Source: Arenicellales bacterium (GTDB lineage: Bacteria; Pseudomonadota; Gammaproteobacteria; Arenicellales; JAJDZL01). From it: 64,000 nucleotides of DNA. Positions 55,772-63,821 of the stretch are shown piece after piece. Below the pieces are notes generated by a model. That model did no database searches and was not told the origin of the DNA. It worked only from the letters and a program-made list of their open reading frames with translations. The stretch covers positions 2,599,078 through 2,663,077 of the forward strand of contig OZ242211.1 in the NCBI GenBank assembly GCA_965206345.1, read 5' to 3'. The translations under genes and the position numbers were made by a program. How positions within the stretch are numbered: position 1 is the stretch's first letter; the number at the start of each line of letters is the position of its first letter.

Positions 55772-56458
55772 ATGTCTCAGTCGTTTTCCAATATTCGCGT
55801 CTGTGTATTCGATGCTTATGGAACACTATTGGATGTCCATTCGGCAGCGGCTCAGCACAGTGCTGCACTTGGTGAACTGGAACAACCAGTATCGGAGATG
55901 TGGCGAAGCAAACAGCTGCAATACACGTGGCTTCGAAGCCTGATGGGTGCTTATGATGATTTTTGGCAGGTAACCGGTGAATCGCTGGATTACGCTTTGG
56001 CGTCTCACGGTGTTGTTAACCCGGAACTTCGAGAAAATCTAATGAATGCGTACTTGACACTCGGTTGCTTCCGGGAAGTGCCTGAGGTTTTGAAAATACT
56101 CAAGGAAAATGGATTGGAGACAGCCATTCTGTCGAACGGCTCCCCAAACATGCTTTTGCCTGTCGTGGAAAACTCTGGATTTTCAGACTTTATGGATGTA
56201 TGTCTTTCAGTTGATGAAGTTGGAATCTTCAAACCTACTGCGCAGGTCTATCAAATGCCCTGCGATCACTTCGATGTTAAGCCGGAAGAGATTGCATTTT
56301 TGTCGTCCAACTGCTGGGATGCCATTGGCGGGGCACATTTCGGATACCAAGTGGCTTGGTGTAATCGCTACAATCAGCAGCTTGATCGATTGCCAGCCAA
56401 ACCGCGTGCTGAAATTAAGGACCTGACCGAACTTCTGCCACTACTCGGTATCAGTTAG
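55772..56458 (+). CDS. Type II haloacid dehalogenase (HAD superfamily)
   Basis: VCVFDAYGTLLDVHSAA (nucleophilic Asp), LSNGSP, FKPTAQVY. Confidence 0.8.
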   Translation: MSQSFSNIRVCVFDAYGTLLDVHSAAAQHSAALGELEQPVSEMWRSKQLQYTWLRSLMGAYDDFWQVTGESLDYALASHGVVNPELRENLMNAYLTLGCFREVPEVLKILKENGLETAILSNGSPNMLLPVVENSGFSDFMDVCLSVDEVGIFKPTAQVYQMPCDHFDVKPEEIAFLSSNCWDAIGGAHFGYQVAWCNRYNQQLDRLPAKPRAEIKDLTELLPLLGIS

Positions 56459-56495
56459 CTTCAGTAAAGAGCTTACGCAGTACAGGCGCTGCAGG

Positions 56496-57035
56496 TCATT
56501 GATTTCGAGATTGCTTTCGCCTCGCGCAAACGCTGCATAGCAGATCCAGATAAGGGTTAAACGCACTATCAGGGTATTGCCGCCATGTTTCAGGCGGTGA
56601 AAACTCATCACGCCAGATTCCGGATTGAGTTCGCTTAGCTTCCTGTTCGGCCTGTCTGTACTCCGATTCCATCCCCACAGTCAGTGCCCATCCTTCTTCG
56701 ACTAGCTGTCTGCCAAGGTCGGCTTCACCAACACTACAGCGAGCGAGTGACATACCGTCATTTTTTTGTATGATGGTACACCTAAACGACGGACTTTTAA
56801 TCAGTTCGTTGAGCCTCAGTGTTGCCTTGGCACCACACGGCCAAGATTTGCCTTCACCCTGACACTTTGCAGTGGCCTGCGGAACAGAAATGTCAGCGAG
56901 CGCAATCTTATCACCTTGATATTTAAGAGTATTGTCAGCCAGTAGCTTGACCTCATCGGCACTTGTCGGGGCGGAGTAAACAAAAACAAACGATGCTGTC
57001 AACAGTACTAGGCAGAACATACGGGCTATTTGCAT
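56496..57035 (-). CDS. Secreted thermonuclease (SNase)-like protein
   Basis: Signal peptide MQIARMFCLVLLTASFVFVYSAPTSA when started at 57035. SNase-like blocks: LADISVPQ, KSWPCGAKATLRLNELI, LGRQLVEEGWAL. Confidence 0.55.
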   Translation of the reverse strand: MQIARMFCLVLLTASFVFVYSAPTSADEVKLLADNTLKYQGDKIALADISVPQATAKCQGEGKSWPCGAKATLRLNELIKSPSFRCTIIQKNDGMSLARCSVGEADLGRQLVEEGWALTVGMESEYRQAEQEAKRTQSGIWRDEFSPPETWRQYPDSAFNPYLDLLCSVCARRKQSRNQ

Positions 57036-57120
57036 TGTCGGATACAGATATCCTGAAGTTACTGTGCGCACAATCGACGTAAAATCCATGATGTCAAGAC
57101 TATTTCTAGAGGTTGGGACT

Positions 57121-57936
57121 ATGAAATTGAAACTGTTCAAGAACTTGATCCGGTTGACACTGCTGTTTATTTTATTGCCTCTGGCAGCCTCTGTACATGC
57201 AGCAGACCTGACCATTTTTCACGCTGAACCGCCTGAATCGAGTTCAAGAACCCTTGATCATTCAGATTGGACGGACATTCTGTCAAAGTACATTAATCAA
57301 CGGGATGGCTTGAATTATTTTCGCTACGGTCAGGTTACTGAAGATGATTTTGAACGACTTGAAGATTACATTGAAGACCTAGAATCTGTAACCGTGACGC
57401 AGTTGGATGCTGATCAGCAGTTTGCCTACTGGGTCAATCTCTATAACGCGTTGACCGTTTGGGTCATTCTCGAGCACTATCCAGTTGATACGATTCGAGA
57501 CATTTCCTTCAGTCTGTTGACACGCGGTCCCTGGAAAGAGGAGTTTGTATCAGTGCAAGATGTCGATTTGACTCTTGATAACATCGAACACGATATCTTG
57601 CGTCCGGTTTATGCAGACAACAGAATTCACTACGCCGTCAATTGCGCTTCGATTGGCTGTCCAAACCTGCAGACTGTTGCATTCACCGCTGACAATCTGG
57701 AAGAGCAACTAGAGAAGGCTGCCAGAGAATATGTCAATCACCCACGTGGGGCCAGAATCGAAGACGATGAAATAATTGTCTCAAGCATTTTTGACTGGTA
57801 TCGTGAGGATTTTGGTGATTCAGAAATAGGTGTTATTGAACATTTGCTGGAATATGCCTCAAGTGAACTCGCGGAGGAACTGCAAGAGTTTGATGAGATT
57901 GATGACTACGAATACGACTGGAGGCTGAACGAGTAA
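57121..57936 (+). CDS. DUF547 domain protein with signal peptide
   Basis: MKLKLFKNLIRLTLLFILLPLAASVHA, then FAYWVNLYNALTV, TLDNIEHDILRP, IHYAVNCASIGCPNL. Confidence 0.8.
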   Translation: MKLKLFKNLIRLTLLFILLPLAASVHAADLTIFHAEPPESSSRTLDHSDWTDILSKYINQRDGLNYFRYGQVTEDDFERLEDYIEDLESVTVTQLDADQQFAYWVNLYNALTVWVILEHYPVDTIRDISFSLLTRGPWKEEFVSVQDVDLTLDNIEHDILRPVYADNRIHYAVNCASIGCPNLQTVAFTADNLEEQLEKAAREYVNHPRGARIEDDEIIVSSIFDWYREDFGDSEIGVIEHLLEYASSELAEELQEFDEIDDYEYDWRLNE

Positions 57937-57940
57937 GGGC

Positions 57941-58648
57941 ATGATAAGCCAGAAGCACATCACAGTCATCATTCCCGCGTTGAATGAAGAAGCTTCGATT
58001 GGCAGAGTTATTAGGGAAATTCCAGAATTCGTTGATCAGGTCGTAGTCGTTGACAATGATTCCACGGATGCCACAAGGGATGTTGCAGAAAAGGTCGGTG
58101 CCCGCGTCATTCAAGAGCCACGAAAGGGGTATGGTCGGGCCTGTCTGACCGGTATTGAGGCAGCAGGCAAAACAGACATATTTGCATTCATCAACGGGAG
58201 CTACAGTGACTATCCGGATGATTTGAATCCTTTAGTCAAATCCGTTGCAACGGAACAGTGTGATCTCGCGATTGGTTGTCGACAGGAGAACCCGAATGAG
58301 GCGAGAGGTTTGTTCAGGCACCAAAAGTGGGGTACTCAACTGGCTTGCCTCACGATTTGGCTGCTCCACCGTTACCGGTTCAAGGATTTAGGTCCTCTTC
58401 GTTGCATTTCAGTACCTGCTCTACAGCATTTGAAAATGCAAGATGAAGATTTTGGCTGGACTGCTGAGATGCAGGTAAAAGCGGTCAAGGCCCGTCAGAC
58501 TGTTCTTCAGATACCCGTCCGCTATCGAAAGAGAATTGGTAAATCTAAAATTTCTGGCACCATGAAAGGATCGCTGATGGCGGGGTATAAGATTTTTTAC
58601 TGGATAATTCGGCTAGCTATTTCATCCAAACTACCGGCTTATCGCTAG
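57941..58648 (+). CDS. Family 2 glycosyltransferase (Dpm1/GtrB-like)
   Basis: VIIPALNEE, VVVDNDSTD, GYGRA. Confidence 0.85.
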   Translation: MISQKHITVIIPALNEEASIGRVIREIPEFVDQVVVVDNDSTDATRDVAEKVGARVIQEPRKGYGRACLTGIEAAGKTDIFAFINGSYSDYPDDLNPLVKSVATEQCDLAIGCRQENPNEARGLFRHQKWGTQLACLTIWLLHRYRFKDLGPLRCISVPALQHLKMQDEDFGWTAEMQVKAVKARQTVLQIPVRYRKRIGKSKISGTMKGSLMAGYKIFYWIIRLAISSKLPAYR

Positions 58649-60003
58649 TCAGAATGGGACATTCTGAACCGATTTTGGCGATAGTCAAAAATAAGGGCGA
58701 CGGCAACACTCAATAGTTGAATAACCTGTGCAGAGAGCGCGACCTGATAGTTGCCAAGCTCCGATCCGGAAGTATTCAGGCCAACAATGTAGGAAAGTAA
58801 GATTGTGACAGACACCGTCCATGCCCAAGCGCTAGGCCAAAGAACAGCAAATGGTAAAACCCAGACCCAATACCAGGCATTCAGAACGGGTGAAAGCAGA
58901 AAAAACACACCAAATACCCAGTCCATTCGGGGTATGTCACAAGGCTGGTATAGCGTGGTGTGTCGTCTGAAAAAATAACCAAACCAAATCAAGAAAGTTG
59001 CGAGACAGATGTACCGAGCAAGTTCATCAGTTGTCAGATTACTCAGCAGATTGAAAATTGGGGCGTTGAATTGCCAGTTTGCCGCAAAGTGAGCGAGAAT
59101 GGTTAGGTCAGTCTGCTGCTGTCCAACTAGGAACGGTAAATACACAATTACTACGGTCGCCGGAATAAGAAGCCAGTAACGAACAGGCTGCCGGAATAGA
59201 AAAAACGGCAATGCCACAACTGCAACAATTTTTGTACAAATGGCTAATCCAAGCAGAATGCAACCTAGAGCCGTTTGATTGTGCTTCCTGAATATGAAAG
59301 CCGCCAGCAACAGACATACACCAATGACATCAGGATGTGCGGTAAATGCAAACTCCTTGATGACGAGAGGACACCAGGCATAAAGCAGAACCATTCTTGC
59401 GGGGGCCAGTTTGCCAAGCATGTAGACAACTGCCAGGTCAAACAGAACAATGATGAACTGCAGTAAATCGAGATTAACTGGGGAAAGAAGATGTGTTAAA
59501 ACAAAAACATATTGGAGCACCGGTGCATAAATCGTAGACAGATGAGGGTTATTTACCCCAGTGAGCATCTCCACACACGCCGGGCTTAAAGAATTTTCAG
59601 TAAAGAGAGATTCGGGTGGAATTCCGTAGGGAGACCCGTAACTGATAAAGAGACAGGCATCTAGCAGGTAACGAAAATAGTCGTCTTCCAGAATGGGTTC
59701 CCCCCAAACACCGATCAATCTGAATACACAGGCCCAGAAAAAAACAATTCCAAAACTGACGTGGTGATCTCCCTTGATTAGCCACAGCCAAAGTCCGAAG
59801 ACAATAGCAGCGGCAATTCCAATTCCACTCAGAAATGTGATCAGATCATATCCGGACGTATCTCGGGACAGAATTGCCTGGAGTACGAATACACCCGCCA
59901 GTAATGCTCCGGCGATGTTGAATGTCAATTGAACTCTGCTTGGTGCTTGCAATTTTACTTTGGCAACTTCGGCTATGACTTGAGTTAGATGATCAAGGCG
60001 CAC
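58645..60003 (-). CDS. Polytopic GT-C-like membrane protein (putative lipid-linked-sugar glycosyltransferase)
   Basis: At least ten hydrophobic segments and an early loop motif ILEDDYFRY that resembles the acidic GT-C loop. GTG start. The 3' end overlaps the GT2 gene by 4 nt (convergent). Confidence 0.55.
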   Translation of the reverse strand: MRLDHLTQVIAEVAKVKLQAPSRVQLTFNIAGALLAGVFVLQAILSRDTSGYDLITFLSGIGIAAAIVFGLWLWLIKGDHHVSFGIVFFWACVFRLIGVWGEPILEDDYFRYLLDACLFISYGSPYGIPPESLFTENSLSPACVEMLTGVNNPHLSTIYAPVLQYVFVLTHLLSPVNLDLLQFIIVLFDLAVVYMLGKLAPARMVLLYAWCPLVIKEFAFTAHPDVIGVCLLLAAFIFRKHNQTALGCILLGLAICTKIVAVVALPFFLFRQPVRYWLLIPATVVIVYLPFLVGQQQTDLTILAHFAANWQFNAPIFNLLSNLTTDELARYICLATFLIWFGYFFRRHTTLYQPCDIPRMDWVFGVFFLLSPVLNAWYWVWVLPFAVLWPSAWAWTVSVTILLSYIVGLNTSGSELGNYQVALSAQVIQLLSVAVALIFDYRQNRFRMSHSD

Positions 60004-60289
60004 TCAAATGTACATTTGTCCATTTATCTGATATGTTTTATCCTGTTTTTCTTGTTGCGTGGATGTACCAATTTATACTATGGCGTTGATGATAGAGACA
60101 GCAGGTGCGACCTTGATCGTGACACTGGGTTGACAATCTGATATGCGTGGGTTGGATACTACATGACTCTGCTGCGTCACGGATCTGCCTCGGTCTAGTA
60201 TCGTGGATCATCGCCAGCCATGGTTCGGCGAGCCGACATAGTCAAATCGAGGATTTTCCCACAAGGTCTGCACCTGCCATCGATTTCGG

Positions 60290-60685
60290 TCACTGTTCGG
60301 TTGCTTTCTGCAGATGGTTGAGATCGTGACAGCCGATGTCCCAGATGAAGCCGTCCAGTTCACGGGCGATTGCGGTTACGACGGTCTTGGAGCTCTTTCC
60401 TTTGCGACACATGGCGTGATATCTGGTGCACAGTCGTTTTTGCGCAGCCCAGACGCGCTCAGTTGTATACTCGGAGGCCTGTTGTGCTTTTCGCTGCAGG
60501 TGTCGGGTGTTGCGCGGCGGATGCCGATAGGCCCAGGCGCTTACGGTGAGGATGCGTCGCTCTGCGGCATTGCCGGTCCTGGTGATGGCACTGGTATGAC
60601 GCCGTGTGCCGCTGCTGAATTCACTGGGCACCAGGCCGAGGTTGGCTGGCGCTGTCAACAGTGGTTTAAATTCCACACTTTGTAA
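60290..60685 (-). mobile_element. 3' fragment of an IS110-family transposase gene (N-terminal catalytic domain missing)
   Basis: LGLVPSEFSSGTRRHTSAITRTGNAAERRILTVSAWAY..AQKRLCTRYHAMCRKGKSSKTVVTAIARELDGFIW matches the conserved GLVPSE.SSG....G.I.K.GN...R C-terminal domain. The region is visibly more GC-rich than its flanks. Confidence 0.7.
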
Positions 60686-60758
60686 AGGCGGAAAGACAAA
60701 ACCGGTTTTTGTCCTATGATTTGGATTTTTGCGGATTCAACTCAACAGGACGCCATCC

Positions 60759-60965
60759 ATGGTATTGCAACGGGAGTTTTTCATGATTCACCAACTGATG
60801 GCCGAAGGGCTGAACCACTCGCAGATTGCCAGAAGGCTCGGTGTCGACCGCAAGACGGTGCGCATGTACCTGCAGTGCGATCGCAACGATCTTGAGGCTT
60901 TGCGCAGGCAACCGAGGCCCAGCAATCTAGATCCGTATCGTCCGTATCTGTGCAGGCACCTGCGG
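60759..60965 (+). mobile_element. 5' fragment of an IS21-family istA transposase gene (HTH region only)
   Basis: MVLQREFFMIHQLMAEGLNHSQIARRLGVDRKTVRMYLQ...RPSNLDPYRPYL matches the IstA N-terminus. Similarity is lost after ~70 aa. Confidence 0.6.
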
Positions 60966-61189
60966 TGTCTCCTCAGTCGGGTTCGACGGGGAGATGTGCT
61001 GCTCTGTATAATGCCTCATGCCTGTTCCTACTATTGTCAATTACTGAATATAAGCCTATGTTAAATAGGCGTATACCCGATAATTTGTGGAGAACAGGTT
61101 AAAACATAGTGTCAAGTAATATCCCGACGAAGCGGCAAGATCAATCTGTAATTTAGAATAAATATTTTGAAACACTACTGTTGGGAAAT

Positions 61190-61615
61190 ATGATGTCATT
61201 CAATTCTTCTTCAAGCAGATCGTCCTCCCTGCGCATTGCAATGTTATTGCTTAGCAGTGTCTTTGCAATATCTTTGGTATTCGCTTCAAGTAATGGGAGC
61301 GGCGACAATGGCGGTTCATCAAGTGGTGGCAGTGGCGGTTCATCAAGTGGCGGCAGTGGCGGTAATGGCGGCGGTGATGCATTAGGCTACACTGTCTCTA
61401 AATCGACGTACGAGTTGGGAAAGAAAGTTTTCTATGAGCATGTCATTTGCGATAGTTGTCCTTACGCTGATCTTGAACACACTTCCGAAAGCGTTGGTTC
61501 CGTCTGGGGTCAATTGAAGAAAGACCTGAAAAAACGTGGTGCAATTGGTGAAAATCTGGAGCGTAAAGAACGTCGGTCGGTTAAAGCGTTTATTCGCAAA
61601 CGATTCGATCTTTAG
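61190..61615 (+). CDS. Small secreted protein, copy 1 (signal peptide, Gly/Ser linker, conserved 76-aa Cys-motif domain)
   Basis: RSSSLRIAMLLLSSVFAISLVFA signal, then the SGGSGGSSSGGSGGNGGG linker, then GYTVSKSTYELGKKVFYEHVICDSCPYADLEH...ERRSVKAFIRKRFDL. It is 70/76 identical to copy 2 in the C-terminal domain. Confidence 0.65.
   Translation: MMSFNSSSSRSSSLRIAMLLLSSVFAISLVFASSNGSGDNGGSSSGGSGGSSSGGSGGNGGGDALGYTVSKSTYELGKKVFYEHVICDSCPYADLEHTSESVGSVWGQLKKDLKKRGAIGENLERKERRSVKAFIRKRFDL
61310..61376 (+). repeat. 24-nt in-frame tandem repeat (about 2.3 copies) encoding the Gly/Ser linker of copy 1
   Basis: GGCGGTTCATCAAGTGGTGGCAGT / GGCGGTTCATCAAGTGGCGGCAGT / GGCGGTAATGGCGGCGGTG. Copy 2 lacks the expansion. 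Confidence 0.8.
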
Positions 61616-61690
61616 TATTCAATCAATGACCAACTGACTGAATCATCGTTCAGACATGCCTTTGTGTTTCTATAAGCAGATTCACAAAAG

Positions 61691-61730
61691 GAAAACGGCA
61701 AGTAATTAACGTCTTTGCCGTTTTCTGTTT
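61691..61730 (+). terminator. Rho-independent terminator after small-protein copy 1
   Basis: GAAAACGGCAAG-taattaacgt-CTTTGCCGTTTTC followed by TGTTT. Confidence 0.6.
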
Positions 61731-61866
61731 CAGGGTATAGAGTCATTTCCAATCTGCGCTGTGACTCGATTCTCTTTTCGAAAGCAGCAACCTTTGTTTC
61801 GAACCAGTTGGTGTGAAGGCCACCTAGCGATCGTCAAGTTGAGCGCACGCGTGTATCGATTGGCTG

Positions 61867-62066
61867 ATGTTTGAAGTGATTTCGCACAACGAATACGCAG
61901 TATTCGTATTCATCGCCGTTTCGCTGGATTTGTACATGGCTCATTCGGCTTTGGGTTTCCTTTACTGCCGACAGCCATGTTCTCCACTTGTATTGATCTT
62001 CGGATAGCCATGCTCATCACACTGATTCCGACTGTTACCGTCAATTTGTTCAGCATGGCCAAAGGC
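61867..62066 (+). pseudogene. Truncated, frameshifted 5' copy of the TauE/SafE gene
   Basis: ATGTTTGAAGTGATTTCG.. parallels 62996 onward. A 1-nt deletion relative to the intact copy gives MFEVISHNEYAVFVFIAVSLDLYMAHSALGF..stop. Homology ends at the duplication junction ~62066. Confidence 0.75.
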
Positions 62067-62272
62067 CAAGACAATCGCAGCGAAAATTCCAATTCCACTC
62101 AGAAATGTGATCAGATAATATCCGGACGTATCTCGGGAGAGAATTGCCTGCAGTACGAATACACCCGCCAGTTATGCTCCAGCGATGTTGAATGTCAATT
62201 GAACTATGCTCGGTGCTTTCAATTTTCTTTGGCAACTTCGGCTATGGCTGGAAGCGGAAGATCAAGATGCAC
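62067..62272 (-). pseudogene. Duplicated 5' fragment of the GT-C-like membrane protein gene
   Basis: Aligns with 59797-60003. Translation from the equivalent GTG gives VHLDLPLPAIAEVAKEN-stop. Confidence 0.75.
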
Positions 62273-62373
62273 TCAAATATACTTTTTTCAGTTTATCTGG
62301 TAAAATTGTCGACGAAGCTGCTAGATCAATCTATATTTAAAATAAAATTTTAGAAACACTACAGTTGGGAATT

Positions 62374-62745
62374 ATGATGTCATTCATTTCTTCTTTAGGT
62401 AGATCTTCCTCCCTGCGTATTGCTATGTTATTGCTTTGCAGTGTCTTTGCAACTTCTGTGGCATTTGCTTCAGGTGATGGGGGTGGGGGTTCATCAGGCG
62501 GCGGTAACGGGTCAGGCTACACTGTCTCAAATTCGACGTACGAGTTGGGAAAGAAAGTTTTCCAAGAGCATGTCATTTGCGAAAGTTGCCCTTACGCCGA
62601 TCTTGAACACACTTCCGAAAGCGTTGGTTCCGTCTGGAATCAATTGAAAAAAGATCTGAAAAGACGTGGTACGATTGGTGAAAATCTAGAGCGTAAAGAA
62701 CGTCGTTCGGTTAAAGCGTTTATTCGCAAACGATTCGACCTTTAG
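62374..62745 (+). CDS. Small secreted protein, copy 2
   Basis: RSSSLRIAMLLLCSVFATSVAFA signal, a short GDGGGGSSGGGNGS linker, then GYTVSNSTYELGKKVFQEHVICESCPYADLEH...ERRSVKAFIRKRFDL. Confidence 0.65.
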   Translation: MMSFISSLGRSSSLRIAMLLLCSVFATSVAFASGDGGGGSSGGGNGSGYTVSNSTYELGKKVFQEHVICESCPYADLEHTSESVGSVWNQLKKDLKRRGTIGENLERKERRSVKAFIRKRFDL

Positions 62746-62816
62746 TATTCAATCAATGACCACCTAACTGGACGTACAGACCTACCTTTGTGTTTCTATA
62801 AGCAGATTCACAAAAG

Positions 62817-62856
62817 GAAAACGGCAAGGATTTAACGTCTTTGCCGTTTTCTGTTT
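62817..62856 (+). terminator. Rho-independent terminator after small-protein copy 2
   Basis: GAAAACGGCAAG-gatttaacgt-CTTTGCCGTTTTC followed by TGTTT. Confidence 0.6.
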
Positions 62857-62995
62857 CAGGGTGTAGCGCCATATTCAATCTGCTGCGCTTTGAACCGATC
62901 CTCTTCTCGAAAGCAGCAATCGTTGTTTCGAACCATCTGGCGTGAAAACCACACGGCGATCGGTAAGTTGAACGCATGCGTGTATCGATTGACTG

Positions 62996-63766
62996 ATGTT
63001 TGAAGTGATTTCGCTCAACGAATACGCAGTATTCGTGCTCATCGCTGTATTCGCAGGATTTGTGCATGGTTCAATTGGCTTGGGGTTTCCTTTGCTGTCG
63101 ACAGCCATGCTCTCCACTTTTATTGATCTTCGGATTGCCATCCTCATCACCCTGATTCCGACTGTTACTGTCAATGTGTTCAGCATTGCCAAAGGCGGTA
63201 ATTGGCGAGAAAGTCTGGGACAGTTTTGGCCGCTGGCAGTGTGGTGTTTGATCGGGTCAGTCATTGGTGCTTGGGTCATTGTCTATACCGACCCAACGCC
63301 ATACAAGTTATTGTTAGCACTACTGATTTTTCTATATCTTGTGGCAGATCGAACCAGTCGGAGGTTATTAAGCAAAGCTTTGCAATTTCCGAGAGTCTCA
63401 CAGTTTGGTTTTGGAATGACAGCCGGATTTTCAGCGGGATCGACCAATACCATGGTACCAATTCTTGTAATTTACTCGCTCGAATCTGGTTGGGCAAAGA
63501 CTGTGATGGTACAGGTTTTCAATATGTGCTTTTTCTCAGGAAAAGCTGCCCAGTTGGCCGTATTCGGCACGTCGGGAATATTTACGCTTCAGATATTTTT
63601 GACTACACTCCCCATTGCGGGCATCGCCGCTGGTTCACTGTACTTGGGCCAGTTACTACAGGATCGAATTGACATCCATCTCTTTCGCCGAATCATCAAA
63701 ATGGTATTGTTGATTCTTGGCATCATATTGACAGCACAGGTTTTGCTTTCTTTGTTCGGAATGTAA
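62996..63766 (+). CDS. TauE/SafE (DUF81) family membrane transporter
   Basis: FAGFVHGSIGLGFPLLSTAML, GFSAGSTNTMVPILVIY. About eight TM segments. Confidence 0.85.
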   Translation: MFEVISLNEYAVFVLIAVFAGFVHGSIGLGFPLLSTAMLSTFIDLRIAILITLIPTVTVNVFSIAKGGNWRESLGQFWPLAVWCLIGSVIGAWVIVYTDPTPYKLLLALLIFLYLVADRTSRRLLSKALQFPRVSQFGFGMTAGFSAGSTNTMVPILVIYSLESGWAKTVMVQVFNMCFFSGKAAQLAVFGTSGIFTLQIFLTTLPIAGIAAGSLYLGQLLQDRIDIHLFRRIIKMVLLILGIILTAQVLLSLFGM

Positions 63767-63821
63767 TACGATAGAAATGCTATCGCCGACTTTCTGAAGT
63801 CGATTAGTTTGAATTAACGCT

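Larger units (their letters stand above)
59796..62066. repeat. Unit 1 of a diverged tandem segmental duplication (contains a ~1.08-kb IS-fragment insertion)
   Basis: By-eye alignment pairs three blocks: 59798-60031 with 62068-62297, 61113-61866 with 62300-62995, and 61867-62066 with 62996-63196. Confidence 0.8.
62067..63196. repeat. Unit 2 of the tandem segmental duplication (no IS insertion)
   Basis: See unit 1. The junction reads aaaggc|caagacaat, joining TauE codon ~67 to the interior of the GT-C-like gene. Confidence 0.8.

Noticed and set aside
61310-61376. A short tandem repeat considered as a CRISPR or minisatellite.
   Set aside because: There are only about 2.3 contiguous copies without spacers, in frame, encoding the Gly/Ser linker of the small secreted protein.
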